Shown here: positions 32,973 through 45,620 of the stretch, one piece after another
Position numbering within the stretch: position 1 is the first letter of the stretch
How the letters are laid out: the number at the start of each line of letters is the position of its first letter
Assembly: GCA_950097015.1 (NCBI GenBank)
Contig: CATNEN010000024.1
Span: 5,146,001-5,210,000, forward strand
DNA from: Macrostomum hystrix
Lineage: Eukaryota > Animalia > Platyhelminthes
Reading direction: 5' to 3'
Length of the DNA: 64,000 nucleotides
Position numbers and translations under genes: made by a program
Notes under the pieces: model-generated
The model's input: the letters and a program-made list of their open reading frames with translations, nothing else
Database searches by the model: none
Told to the model about the DNA's origin: nothing

Positions 32973-35900
32973 ATGGCATCAACAAAACCATATGGACCCA
33001 ATTCCCAATCTTTAACATTCTTTGATGTTGATGATGGTGATGATTTGCCAGCTGATACTCAAGGTACTGACTTTGAATACAAAGATTTTACAGTTGCAAC
33101 AGATTCACAGTACTCACAAATTGATGCATTGAGAATTTCTCATGGCCATGGTTCACACAGAGATGGAGCAACATTGCAAAGTCAGAATCATGTAAGTAGA
33201 CCTATGTGCAATTTTTTATACTGTCCAATTCAAAGACCTTTTTTAGAAAAAAAATTAATGTTGAGGAATCTATACATTAATTTTAAGTCTTATATTCATT
33301 TTTAGTTAATACTAGTATAACTAAGCCCCCCTTAGGGGGCACAACTGTTCAGACAAAAAAATCTTGTGTAGGCCTAATGCAGAAGGACAAAAACACCTGA
33401 AAGCAAACAAAAACAAAAACTCATTTCATCAGTATTAATTTCCCTGATTGTGAATATACGTGATTGCAATTCAACAAGAATTTGAATTCTCACTAAATAT
33501 AAAAATAGTCTGTCTGAGCTTAAATACATTCTGAGACATCCAGTCTGTACACCAAGAGCCCCATTGGGGCAAAATTACACAAGTAACCTACATTTTATAC
33601 AACTCAGCTTAATGCTACTAAGGTACATGTGAATACTATCCCTTCAGCAGTAAAAAACCAATGTCTCCCCAGCAGCAGAGAACTAATTCCCCCCAGCAGC
33701 AAACAACTAATCCCCCCAGCAGCAAAGAACTAATCCCCCCAGCAGCAGATAACTAATTCCCCCCAGCAGCAGAGAACTAATTCCCCTCAGCAGCAAATAA
33801 CCATTATTAACCGTTCAACATATTAAAAAACTTTTAAACACATTAAGATAAGTGGACCTAATTATTAGACACTTTTGAAAAAAAATGTTAAACACATTTA
33901 GAAAACTGTTAGACACATTTAGAAACATGTTTTTAACACATTTAGAAAACTGTTGTCTCATTGGACACTTTCCTCTATTTAAATTGAACATACACACACA
34001 TAGGTGAGAAAAGCTATGATGTAATCTATTTATAAATTCACACTGACTGTCTTGCCAGAGGGGTTGACACAGCTATGTACATTTGACACAGTGGAATTTT
34101 TATCAGTGTGCTCACTTTTAACAAAACTGGCCCTGGTGCAATCATTAAAATTGGCAGTGGTATGCATGTTGACAAAACTGGCTCTGATGTAATGCATTAG
34201 AAATACTATCTAAAACAGTTTTTTGAGTAATAAATCCCCTAAACAAATAAGTTAAGCTTGATAAAAATACATGTAATAAAAATATTTGGCATCTTTTGGT
34301 GAAGAAATGGTAAAAATCGGTTGAGCCGTTTGGGAGAAAATCAGGCGATTTTCCTCTTTTGTTCGTTAAATTATTTTTTCGACAGAAACAAGTTGTGACT
34401 ACTGAGTAATGTCAGAAAACGACAGTAATGGGATGCTGGGACTTAAATTTTTCTCGGAAAGTTGGATGGAGTTGTTTAACTAAAGACAAACGGTAATGGT
34501 AAACGACATGTAACGACAGTAAACGACAACAATAGGGCACTGCGTCCCGTAGCTTGCTCTGGCATACAGAGAGTCTCACAAAGTCCAATATAGTTCAACT
34601 GGAGCCCCAGCAGTTCACAGTTCAATTTAATAAAATTTAACAATTGAAGACTCAATGCGATAAGTCAAAGCTCATGCGAGAGTGGGAAGGGGAGCAAGGA
34701 GCGAGTGCAAGCTGCTGCCTATACTCCGCCACGAACCGAGTAGGTGAGTAGTGCCATAGACATGTGTCAGCAGCAACCCCATGTCCTTTCCACTACTGCC
34801 ACATCATTTTTTCAATAGGCACAATTTCAAATGCTGCCACGTCACTTTTTCGCATCTACGCACCGATTCAAATCGAAAAAATAATTTAACGAACGAAAGA
34901 GGAAAATCGCCGAAAATCAATTACAATCAAGCAAGCAAGCAACCATTTCATTTTTAGTTTATAAGATTAGTTGGCTTTCACTACCCTGAAATTAGTTTGA
35001 TAGTGTTCTCAATGAGCCTGAAGTGTCTTTGTTATGATTGGCTACCAATAAAGCAAACTGTATATCTACAGACACTAAGATCAATAGCTTATATTCTAGC
35101 TCCTTTAAAAATCCTTTCTTTATTACATGTATGTTCAGAATAAATTCTGAATGACTAAACATATATCAAATTAGTCCTCAAATGTCAAATGTAACACAAA
35201 GTAAAATAGTTTGTTGATAAAGTTGAAAAATGTATTTTTACTTGTAATAAATTAATAGCATAATATATTCCTTATAAATTACACATTATGTTCTCAGATA
35301 AACAACAGTATTGGCCTGGCCTCTGCTGCTCCATCAAACTCGATTGCCGCTGTTGGTCTTAACTTTGAAGACGAGGACGATGCCGAGAATGTGGCCTCCT
35401 TAGCTGGCGGTGCCGTGGATGCAGTTTATACTCACGACCTGCCTGAGCACGCCTGTGCCTACTGTGGCATCCATGATCCAGCCTGCGTGGTGCTGTGCAA
35501 CGCCACTCAGAAATGGTTCTGCAATGGCCGCGGCAACACAAGCGGCTCGCATATTGTTAACCATCTGGTTCGGGCCAAGACTAAAACTGTTAGCCTGCAT
35601 AAGGATAGTCCACTTGGCGCCACTGAACTAGAGTGCTACGTCTGCGGCTCCAAGAATGTCTTCTTGCTTGGCTATATACCGGCCAAATCTGATTCTGTAG
35701 TTGTTCTACTATGCCGACAGCCTTGCGCCACACAGAAGAAAGACATGAATTGGGATTCGAATTTGTGGGAGCCGCTAATTCAGGATCGACAATTCTTATC
35801 CTGGATGGTATGTACCCGATGTGCCTTTTCAGCGATAATGACGGCCTAGGCACACTTTGTCAAGTAGTAACTAAATTACAAAAAAATGTGGAACCAAGGA

Positions 35901-38900
35901 AAGAGCTGTAAGAACTGGCACATCGTTTGGTGACAGTAGACCCACTGTCAGCGAGGGGGGTCATTTTTTACCCATTCAGCTGACTAAGGAGCAGACATGC
36001 ACACAGGTCGTGTACATCTGCCCTGACTTTCTCATCGTCAGGCAGTGAACATTCTCACGTAGATTGCACAACAAGCGGCCCCAAGCCTTCCATCTTTGGG
36101 CACGCCCCAAATAAATGTGGCCTGTCTGTCTGTGATTTATTTTCAGGTGAAAGTACCCTCCGCGGAGGAGCAGATGCGGGCCAGGCAGATGAGCGCCGCC
36201 CAGATGAACAAACTTGAAGAGCTTTGGAAAAGCAATCCCACTGCCACACTGGAGGATCTGGAGAAGCCCGGCGTTGACGAGGAGCCGAATCGCGTCACCC
36301 TGCGCTACCAGGACGCCTACCAGTACCAGAACATCCTCGGGCCGCTAGTGAAACTGGAGGCTGAGTACGATCGCCGGCTGAAAGAGTCTCAAACTCAGGA
36401 GTGCATCAGCGTCCGCTGGGACATGGGACTAAATAAGAAGCGGATCGCTTATTTTCATTTCTCCCGCACCAACGAGGAGCTGAAGATTATGCACGGCGAT
36501 GAATTGCGCCTGCGCTACACTGGCGACTCAGCCAAGCCCTGGGTTGGCGTCGGCAATGTCATCAAGATTCCCGACAATCACAGCGACGACGTTGCTATCG
36601 AATTGAAAAGCAACGCCGGCACGCCCATCGAGTGTCAACAAAATTTCGCCGTCGAGTACGTCTGGAAGAGCATCAGCTTCGATCGGATGCAGTCGGCATT
36701 GAAAACCTTCGCCGTTGACGAGCACTGCGTCACCTCCTACATCTATCACAAACTGCTGGGCCACGAAGTTGATGACATTGTGTTCAAGTGTCAGCTGCCT
36801 AAGAGGTTCTCCGCGCCAGGCCTCCCGGAGCTTAATCACAGCCAGGTGAGTTAATTACTTACATCTCCGATCTCCGCTTATTCTTCCGTTCTGATCCCCA
36901 TTCCTCCCATTCTTGCATTCGGATCCCCATTCCTCCCATTATTGCTTTCGGATCCCCATTCCTCCCATTCTTGCCTTCGGATCCCCATTCCTCCCATACT
37001 TGCCTTCGGATCCCCATTCCTCCCATTCTTGCCTTCGGATCCCCATTCCTCCCATTCTTGCATTCGGATCCCCATTCCTCCCATTCTTGCCTTCGGATTC
37101 CCCCACCTCCTATTCTTGCCTTCGGATCCCCATTCCTCCCATTCTTGCCTTCGGATCCCCATTCCTCCCATTCTTGCCTTCGGATCCCCATTCCCCCCAT
37201 TCTTGCATTGGGATCCCCATTCCTCCCATTCTTGCGTTGGGATCCCCACAATTCCGCTTATCAATTCCCTTCTGCATTCCCTCCGTCTCAGATCCCCATT
37301 CTTCCATTGGTCCCTCCCCCTCATGCTATCCAGGTGTACGCCGTTAAGACGGTTCTGCAGCGTCCGCTAAGCCTAATCCAAGGCCCGCCTGGCACTGGCA
37401 AGACCCTGACCTCGGCCACCATAGTCTATCACCTGTCCAAACTCAATCAAGGCCAGGTGCTTGTGTGCGCGCCAAGCAACATTGCCGTTGATCAGCTAAC
37501 TGAGAAGGTGCACAAGACTGGCCTAAAGGTGGTTCGCCTGTGCGCCAAATCTCGCGAAGCCATCGATAGTCCGGTCTCGTTCCTGTCGCTGCACGAGCAG
37601 GTCCGCAATGTGGACGGCTTTCCCGAGCTAAAGAAGCTGCAACAATTGAAAGACGAAGCTGGCGAGCTGGCGTTGGCTGATGAAAAACGCTACAGGTAAG
37701 TTAAGTTTACTTTTGTCACTATTTAATGCCCAACTTTTTTGTCTAGAACTTAAGCGCTGTGCCCAGAACTTATTATTTATATCACATTTCTCACCTTAGA
37801 TACCTTTTCCGTTTAGTTCTACTTCTAAAAGTTGATTTATCGCATTAGAAGTTTTCTCGCCTTATTCTTCTCTGAAGTACTTCTCTCGCCCAATAATAGC
37901 ATTTTCGCCTTAAAATACTCTTCTCGCTCTATAACACTCTTCCTGCCTTAGAATGCTGTTGCCTCCCTAGAATAGCTTTCTCGCCCTAAGATACATTTCT
38001 CGCCGATTTCATTCTCTAAAAGTACACCTCTCGCCTTTTTCTCGCCCTAAAATACATGTCTTACCTATTTATGGCCCTAAAAACATTTCTCGCCTTTTAT
38101 CACCCTAAAATATCGCCTTTTCTCGCCGTAAAATACACCTCACGCCTACTTCTCGCCGTAAAATACACCTCACGCCTATTTCTCGCCCTGAAATACACCT
38201 CACGCCTATTTCTCGCCCTGAAATACACCTCACGCCTATTTCTCGCCCTATTTCTCGTGTGTGCTCAGGAGTCAGCGAAATAGGCAGAATTGCCTCCTCG
38301 CTGGCTGCGGGTCTAGTGTCACCAAACTATGTGTCATTGCCCGCAGCCCTCCTGCAATTATTATTATTATATTATTACACCCTAAAGAACATTTCTCGCC
38401 TTTATCGCTCTAAAATATATCTCTGGACTATTTCTCGTCGTAAAATACATCTCTTGCCTATTTCTCGCCGTAAAATACATCTCTCGCCTTTTTCTCGCCC
38501 TAAAATGCATGTCTTACCTACTTATCGCCCTAAAGAACATTTCTCGCCTTTAATCGCCATAAAATATCTCTGGACTATTTCTCGTCGTAAAATACATCTC
38601 TCGCATTTTTCTCGCCCTAAAATACATCTCGCCTATGTCTCGCCCTAAAAAGCATCTCTCGCCTATTTCTCGCCCTTGAATGCATCTACCTTTGTTTCTA
38701 ATCTTGAAACTTTCTTAACTTTCTAGTCTTTACGTTAGTATTTTTAGAATTTGTTCTTGTCTAGTGCAGCTCTCTTATAAAAAGTTGAAAGTTAAAACTT
38801 TTCGTTAAAAGTTAACTCCTAAAACATTGCAGACAGCTTCGCCGACAATGCGAGCGTGACCTATTGTCCAACGCTGATGTCATCTGTTGCACCTGCGTAG

Positions 38901-41761
38901 GCGCCGGAGATCCCAGAATTGCCCGGCTACAATTTCGCTGCGTATTAGTTGACGAATCGACGCAATCTACTGAGCCGGAGTGCATGATTCCCATTGTGAT
39001 GGGCTGTCGTCAGCTGGTGCTGGTTGGAGACCACTGCCAGCTAGGCCCCGTGGTGATGTGCAAGAGATCAGCTGCCGCTGGCCTGAGCCAGTCACTGTTT
39101 GAGCGGCTGGTTGTGCTGGGCACTAGGCCGATCAGGCTTCAGGTAAGCCAATTAGCAATAATAATAATAATTGGGTCAGATGTGCAGCCGATACCACAGT
39201 CGCAGCTATTGCGCGGCGTATCTGAAGGCTGCGTACGGCTTTTCAGTCCATGGACTGGGGAGACGCCACAATCAACCTCAACCCCAGCTAATTCTGGCAC
39301 CCATCAAACAGCTGGGTTAACTGAAGCAATCCAGAATCAAGTGTCTAGCTGACACTTAGCCCCTAATCAAGGATCGTATATAAGAGACTGTCATACTGCA
39401 AAGGCTCAGTCAATAAGAAATTACCTTTTGTCCTAAAACTATAGAATATTGTCTTAGGTGTGTGGGACAGATTTCGCAAAAAACAGCTTTCTTAGATAAG
39501 CGCCTGACTCGCTGCACCCGCCGCTCTCTCCGCCAATCGCAGGTGCAGTACCGCATGCACCCGGCCCTGTCCGCCTTTCCCTCCAACATATTCTACGAGG
39601 GCAGCCTGCAGAATGGCGTCACAGCGCAGGATCGGGCCTGTCCGGGCCTGGACTTTCCCTGGCCGCAGCCGGACAAGCCGCTGATGTTCTACTGCACATC
39701 TGGTCAGGAGGAGATTGCGGGCTCCGGCACCTCCTATCTGAACAGGACTGAGGCTGCCAATGTGGAGAAGGTTCGGCTGGATGACTGTGCATTATTTTCT
39801 TCTTAAATTGACTACATTGAAACTCATTTCTTTCTTTAACAGTAGAAAGGTCACGCTATTTTTTTCCCAGGGGAAAACCACGGGTTGATATTTCAAATAC
39901 TTCACGATTTAGCAACAATACCGAATAACGGATTTTCTTTAATGTCCACCATTTCGATCAAAATTCTCCACTCTTTACGATGAACTAACTTTCAAAGCCA
40001 TCCGAGGTTAGCATCGTCAAGATATTCAGCGATACTAAATGCAACTATCATTGCTTGTATAAACTTCTATGGCGAATCTCTATTAATTGCAAAAAAATAT
40101 AACTTTATCAATCCAAAAGTTAACAATAATATAGCCGACATGGTTACATGATGAAATTTTGCTAGCAGGTTTTTTCCACCAGACACCCCGACGGGAATCG
40201 TTGAATATCTCGACAATGCCGATGTTTTCTGATTCTGGAAGTTGTTTCATCGGATAGAACGGAAAATATTAACTCGTTTTCATGACGGTTGGTTGAATAT
40301 TTTGGGAGATATACAGAAAAAAAATGTGAGTATTTGAAATCATTCTTTGTAATGTTAATAGGTTTTAGGCTGGATAAAGGGTACGTTCATTTTATTTGAT
40401 TGCTCTCTGCTTTTCGTAAATCATTTCCTAAAAAATTAAGCTAGGTTGGCATTCGTCATTTAATTAAGTAGGAATATTTCACCTGAACCCCGTCATTCCA
40501 AACTCAGGTAGTAACCAGGCTGCTCAAGTCCGGCATCGATCCGTCGGCCATCGGTGTTATCACGCCATACGAAGGCCAGCGCGCCTACCTAGCCCAGTAC
40601 TTTCAGTACAATGCCACTCTGTCCGCCAAAGTCTATTTGGAAATTGAAGTCGCCAGCGTCGACGCTTTCCAGGGTCGGGAGAAAGATTTTATTATTTTAT
40701 CTTGCGTGCGCGCCAACGAGCACCAGGGCATCGGCTTCCTCAACGATCCCCGACGCCTGAATGTGGCCCTGACTCGAGCCAAGTACGGCTTAGTGATCAT
40801 CGGCAATCCAAAGGTGCTGTCTAAACAGCCGCTGTGGCATCACCTGCTGGTTAGCTATAAAGAATTGCGAGTGCTGACGGAAGGCCCGCTGAATAATCTC
40901 AAGGAGTCGCTGATACAATTCCCAAAGCCTAAGAAACTAATTAATCAGGCTAATCCTGGCGGAAGGTGAGAAATCTAATAATTAGGTGCCTAAAACTACC
41001 ACTCGAACTATCGAGACTCGAACTAACGACGTTGCGTTTGTAATTTCATTATAAATTATAATAATCACCTGTTCAGGTTCATGAACAGCACAATGTTCGA
41101 CGCCAGGGAATATTTCGGCTTCGTTGGCAACCCGATTGGCGGCGGACCGGCTGGCTACGGCGGTCCTGGCGGCATCGGAGTCGGCGGACCGTCGATGCCT
41201 CCGCCATCGCGCGGCGGCGGCCTCGGCGGCCCCTACGCGGCCCGTCCGCACGATCCGATCGCTATGATTGGTCCGCATCGGGCTTACCAGGCTGCGGCCG
41301 GTCTCAATCTCCCAATCCCTGTTGGCCTACTAATGCAGCACGTGCACCCCAGCACCTACGCTGTGACGCAGTATCCGGGCGGCCCGCCGATGCCGCCGGC
41401 GAATCGCGGCGGTGGCGGGCCGCGTCATCACTCGGCTAATTTGAATTCGACCGCAGCGCAGCAGACTCGACCAGCTATGGGCAATTCGTCCGACTTGTCC
41501 GGCGCCTCCCAGATGCTGACGCAGCCGCAGTCGCAGCTGGGCCTGAGCCTTGTTGGCGGCTTCTCCCAGCCAGGCGGACCTGTCAGCGCCGGAGTCGGCT
41601 TCAGCCAAGACTCCTACGCCGGCGGCGTTGGCGGAGGCAGTCAGCATCCGGGCATGCAGTCGCAGGCGGACACCATGCTTAGCCAGGACTCTGCCTATCA
41701 GGGCGACCGACACGCCAGCCAGGCTGGCATGAGTCAGCACGGTCCGCTGTCGCAGTACTGA
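32973..41761 (+). CDS. UPF1: Regulator of nonsense transcripts 1 (UPF1 RNA helicase), 8 exons, about 1156 aa
   Basis: Join 32973-33191, 35298-35807, 36147-36845, 37334-37695, 38833-39142, 39543-39770, 40508-40965, 41077-41761 = 3471 nt, GT-AG and in phase. N-terminus [12 protein letters not shown]...DTQGTDFEY; CH domain [16 protein letters not shown]...[23 protein letters not shown]; motif [10 protein letters not shown]; DESTQ; VGDHCQLGP; [10 protein letters not shown]; [11 protein letters not shown]; C-terminal SQDS/LSQY. Confidence 0.97.
33655..33800. repeat. About 24-bp tandem repeat CCCCCAGCAGCAGAGAACTAATT (UPF1 intron 1)
   Basis: About 6 degenerate units. Confidence 0.85.
34344..34911. 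mobile_element. Probable non-autonomous DNA element bounded by a 39-bp near-perfect inverted repeat (UPF1 intron 1)
   Basis: GGCGATTTTCCTCTTTTGTTCGTTAAATTATTTTTTCGA (34344-34382) versus TCGAAAAAATAATTTAACGAACGAAAGAGGAAAATCGCC (34873-34911), one mismatch. No TSD identified; the true ends may lie further out. Confidence 0.55.
35905..36122 (-). mobile_element. SINE family B copy lacking its tRNA head (UPF1 intron 2)
   Basis: The reverse complement reads AGGCCACATTTATTTGGGG...CTGCCTGACGATGAGAAAGTCAGGGCAGATGTACAC...TCGCTGACAGTGGGTCTACTGTCACCAAACGATGTGCC, matching 14870-15135. Confidence 0.75.
36885..37245. repeat. 29-bp tandem repeat TTCGGATCCCCATTCCTCCCATTCTTGCC (UPF1 intron 3)
   Basis: About 12 units at 29-bp spacing. 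Confidence 0.95.
37850..38680. repeat. Degenerate about 29-bp repeat (TTTCTCGCCCTAAAATACACCTC) with an inserted SINE B 3' fragment (UPF1 intron 4)
   Basis: Recurrent TTTCTCGCC and TAAAATAC motifs. Confidence 0.85.
38257..38378 (+). mobile_element. 5'-truncated SINE family B 3' end
   Basis: GTGTGTGCTCAGGAGTCAGCGAAATAGGCAGAATTGCC...CCCTCCTGCAA plus a (TTA)n tail; nearly identical to 15053-15148. Confidence 0.85.
39160..39345 (-). mobile_element. 5'-truncated SINE family A (UPF1 intron 5)
   Basis: CAGATGTGCAGCCGA...CAGTCCATGGACTGGGGAGACGCC...CAGCTGGGT.AACTGAAGCAAT aligns with 13945-14105; (ATA)n tail. Confidence 0.85.
39840..40340. mobile_element. MITE-like family C copy (UPF1 intron 6)
   Basis: Starts TTAA|CAGTAGAAAG and shares its internal block with 17280-17370 and 43370-43455. 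The right end is degenerate. Confidence 0.65.
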
Positions 41762-43287
41762 AGGATAAGATTCTCTCTGGGAAAAGCTTGGCGGCAGATT
41801 TTCTAGGAAATTCCTGTGTCCGGCGATCAACGATCAGCTGTAGTTGTTTTTTTTCCTACCAAAAAACGGGCGGTTGTTTTCCAAATATCTCTCTACAAAA
41901 CAAGCAAGACTCGATCTAAGACTGACTATTCGCTACACTATTTTATTGGCGCCTGACCAACTTCGAATTGGACTAGTCGAAGGATCGATGACAGGCGAGC
42001 GAGTGAGCACAAATTAAGGGATTGAGCATCATCCAGCAGCGCTTGCAACCTAAAGCAAGCTGAGTGCGGCCTGTGTTTTTTCTCCGGCTTTAGTTATTCA
42101 GACTCAAATCTGTCTGATTGGAGTCTGGCAACTGTTGTAGTAAGTTTTCTTTCATTGCTAAACCCATCCCCATTTAATCCAGTGAACATTGTAGGGTTCT
42201 AATATTGCTAAAAATATTACACATTCACATCCAACACATTCGCACCTGTATCCGTGCCTTATTCTAGGCCGCAGATGCCGCGCTAACAAGGCTTTGATGA
42301 TTGCCGCTAGTTGCAACCAGCCAGCCACCACAATGGAGACATTGCGACTGCCCTCTGTGCCTACGCGCTAAGTACAACTTGTTAACGCGATAAACGTGCT
42401 GACAACTTAATGTCAAGAGTAGAAAGACTCGATATTTTATAACAAAGCAACCCCGCCAAATTTATATTTTTAAATCAGTTTTAGTTTTATTATTTATTCT
42501 CTGCTTCTAAAAGACAGACGCCTGCTGATTTGCCCCAATCCGGCCCCTCTATTCGATCAATGGAGGATTCGAAATGAGAGTCGCGTCCCTCGAATTTCTA
42601 TCGCCGCTGACTATTGGTGTTTTTCCTTTGCTTTGTTCTTACCACCTGTTTTATATCTGGCTTTTAAAAGTTCGAGAATCAACATTGAAGGTCCTGCATC
42701 AGAGATGAAACTATCTGTGGTTGCCCAGAAAAGTTTTTGGCTTTTGTGACTTAAGAAATAAGGAAAAGTCTATAATCCCAAATAGGGATGGCATTCCCAC
42801 TTTGAAACACAACATTTCTGCGCTATTGTTAGTTCTATGAGTTCGGCTGTAGTGTCTCGTGTTTACTCTAGAAACTAGTAATCTAGTTGGTTCATTTTCC
42901 TCTATACTTCTAATAGTAAAAAATACTGGCATTATCCTGTATAAGGGTCGTGCGCAACTTACCTATATACTGAACTTTCGCCCCTAAAAATGTTAGTTTC
43001 TAACCCCCAATTTAGCCCTCTCTCTGTCAGTACGTGTGTGTTAAATCCAAACCCTGTAAAACAAATTTTAATTGAATGAGTGATGACAAAGCCATTAGGA
43101 GCTACTTGACTCGTCTAATTTAACAAGCTAAGAATAAAATAAATCATTTGTAGCCTGTTTCACATTGAATAATTATTCAGGAAAATTGTGTACCTTTAAA
43201 AGGTATTTGCCTTTGTCTTTTAAATTGTTCTCTCTCTCCTGTACTGTACGCTAGTAGCAGCAGCAGCTTTTAGAAGTCGGTCATTAA

Positions 43288-43809
43288 TAGTAGAGATACA
43301 TGGGGGGTATTTTAAATACCCACATTTTTCCTCTTTCTGTACCAAAATATTCTACCATGAAATCGGGTTAACATTTTCCGCTCTATCCGATGAAAGTTCC
43401 AGAATCAGAAAACATCGGCACCGTCCAGATATTCAACGATTTTCGTCAGTGTCTGAAGGCAAAAACCACCAATATAGGCATACTTTTTCTGCTCACAAAA
43501 TTCCATAATGTAATTATACCGGCTATCATTTTTTACTACGAGTATTAATTTCTTATAATTGTTACTTTTCTCACTATTGAACCGATAGGAGTTTATACAA
43601 TGTTAGCTGTCCTTGTCACCAGGGTCTTAGACAAAAATCGCTGAATATCTAGACGATGCTGACGTCAAACGGCTTTGAAATTCAGTTTATCGTAAAAAGT
43701 GGAAACTTTTAATCCATATTGTGGACTCAAGATAAGCAGTCATTCGGTTTTGGAGCAGTAGGCAGTGGGTATTTAAAATGCGAGCTATACCCCCATGGTC
43801 TTTCTACTG
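43288..43809. mobile_element. MITE-like family C copy with recognisable TIRs
   Basis: Left TTAA|TAGTAGAGATACATGGGGGGTATTTTAAATACCCAC; right GTGGGTATTTAAAAT...CCCCATGGTCTTTCTACTG. The internal block is inverted relative to 40180-40270. Confidence 0.7.
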
Positions 43810-44231
43810 TTGCAGGTGCATCCGATTCGGACCGGAAACAAGATGGATTCGGGCCAATCTTCTGTGGTCTCCTTGAGGCTGCATTGCTGGCCATAAAGAG
43901 TGGCTGCTTTTCAGCAGATAAGCAAAACAAATGAACACATGTAACAGAGACAAGTTCAATAAAATATGAGTATAAATGTTGTAGGCATTTTATGCACCCT
44001 TGATTTATAAAGACACGCTTCAAACTATCTGCACAAACCTGTGTTTATGCAAAGGACTTTGAGGGCAAAGGACTTCTACAATGTAGATGTACACAGCACA
44101 CAGGACTAGAGGCATACATGCTTCATGTTGATTTCAATCATCAACAAAAATGGCTTCTGTAAGTATTTAAATTACGTTAAAGCTGCGTCTTAACTTGTGA
44201 TGATCTTGCGGCAGGAATAAATTCATGGAAA

Positions 44232-45620
44232 ATGGCCTCGAATAGTCAGGACACTAGTTTCGGTTCGGCATCGGAGGATGATCAGGATGAGCTGATCTCG
44301 TGCCAAGCTCTGCGCAGCGAGAGTCAGCCGATAAATGCGCAGCCGAACGGCCGGGTGTCGCTGCGTCCCCTGCTGTCTCTGCTAGCAATATTCGCCCTGG
44401 ACCGATGCTCATACTATAACTACATGTCCATACTAACAAATGCAGGCAATCCTGGGCACAAGTACTGCGGAGCTTTCATGAGCGACAACGCCACGGACCC
44501 GTGGCAGGCTACAATTAAGCTGCAGATCCAGCACTCCTCATCGTTCCTATTGCCCCTAATTGGCGGCTTTCTTGCTGATCAAATCTTCGGCTGCGCTAGG
44601 ATGCTGACCATCTGTGGCGTGGTGTATCACATCGCAGCCTGGCTGCTAGTTGCTCTGTTGTATTGGCCTGCCATCTGCTGCAGTGGCCTGGCTTCTGTTT
44701 GCAAGATCCTTCTCGTCCTGACTTCCGGACTGCTTCGGCCCAGCCTCCTTGTTCTCACCATCGAGTCTGGCTCACCAATCTACTCCGTTACGCACATCTG
44801 CCAGCTGTATTACATATGCGAGGCGTTTGGCCAGGTGCTTGGTTATCTTCTGGCTTTCGGATCCGATCAGCTGCAATTTCCGCTTGGCTTTCTCTGCGTC
44901 CCGACCACATTCCTCCTGATGCTGCTGTCTGTGTTGTGCGTATCTGAAAGACCCGGTTGGAGTCGCTACCAGTTTACTCTTCCCGGCTGGCCCAGATTCA
45001 AACGCACCATCATCATCGCCGAGCCGCTAATCGCCCAGGCGACGGCCGTGATCTTGGGATACTTCACGCTGAGCGTCTACGAAGTGAACAAACTATCGAA
45101 AAGCCAGGGACTCACCCCAACACAGTTCAAGCTCAAGCGCGATTTCCTGTTGCTCAGCTATTCGGTCACTCTTGTTGTAGCCATGGCCATTCTGATGCTG
45201 CTAACTCGCCTTTTCACCGCCACAATGTCTTCACCGGATGTCCGCATACTGATCGGTATTGCAGCCACCAGCTTTGCTCACCTGGTAGCGCCTTCAGTGA
45301 GTCTTTTCTCACCCCACGCCTCCCTCTGGATCATAGCCGTCTTTTTAAACTTTCTCTACGCTATTGGAGAAGCTTTCGCCATCTCTACAGCCAACGAAGT
45401 AGCATACAGATCTGGCTTTGCTGAATCTCGCACATTCTGGATTGGCTTGTACATGGGCTTCTGGGGCTCCGGCTATGTTTTCAGTATCATCGCGGAGCTG
45501 AGCCATATGGATGCTTTGAACTTGCACCTATTTTTTGGGGTCCTGCTAATGATTGCGTTCGTCTTCTTTGTCTGCTTTGCAATGCGGGCACTCAACTGGC
45601 TGTTGTATGGCAACAGGTAA
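44232..45620 (+). CDS. Divergent proton-dependent oligopeptide transporter (SLC15/POT, MFS), 462 aa, intronless
   Basis: ATG-to-TAA ORF with about 11-12 hydrophobic segments. AIFALDRCSYY aligns to ExxERFxYY; LLPLIGGFLADQIFG matches the PTR2 P..G..(L)AD...G motif; TSGLLRP matches GTGGIKP; YAIGEAF matches the TM10 GE. Confidence 0.75.
   Translation: MASNSQDTSFGSASEDDQDELISCQALRSESQPINAQPNGRVSLRPLLSLLAIFALDRCSYYNYMSILTNAGNPGHKYCGAFMSDNATDPWQATIKLQIQHSSSFLLPLIGGFLADQIFGCARMLTICGVVYHIAAWLLVALLYWPAICCSGLASVCKILLVLTSGLLRPSLLVLTIESGSPIYSVTHICQLYYICEAFGQVLGYLLAFGSDQLQFPLGFLCVPTTFLLMLLSVLCVSERPGWSRYQFTLPGWPRFKRTIIIAEPLIAQATAVILGYFTLSVYEVNKLSKSQGLTPTQFKLKRDFLLLSYSVTLVVAMAILMLLTRLFTATMSSPDVRILIGIAATSFAHLVAPSVSLFSPHASLWIIAVFLNFLYAIGEAFAISTANEVAYRSGFAESRTFWIGLYMGFWGSGYVFSIIAELSHMDALNLHLFFGVLLMIAFVFFVCFAMRALNWLLYGNR

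Noticed and set aside
38292-38348. GCCTCCTCGCTGGC matches the P3/L3 segment of the HDV ribozyme
   Set aside because: The required P1 partner lies downstream (CCCGCAGCC) as a simple hairpin rather than upstream, no P1.1 GG follows, and the copy at 15090 has TCATCG. It is better explained as the SINE 3' stem.
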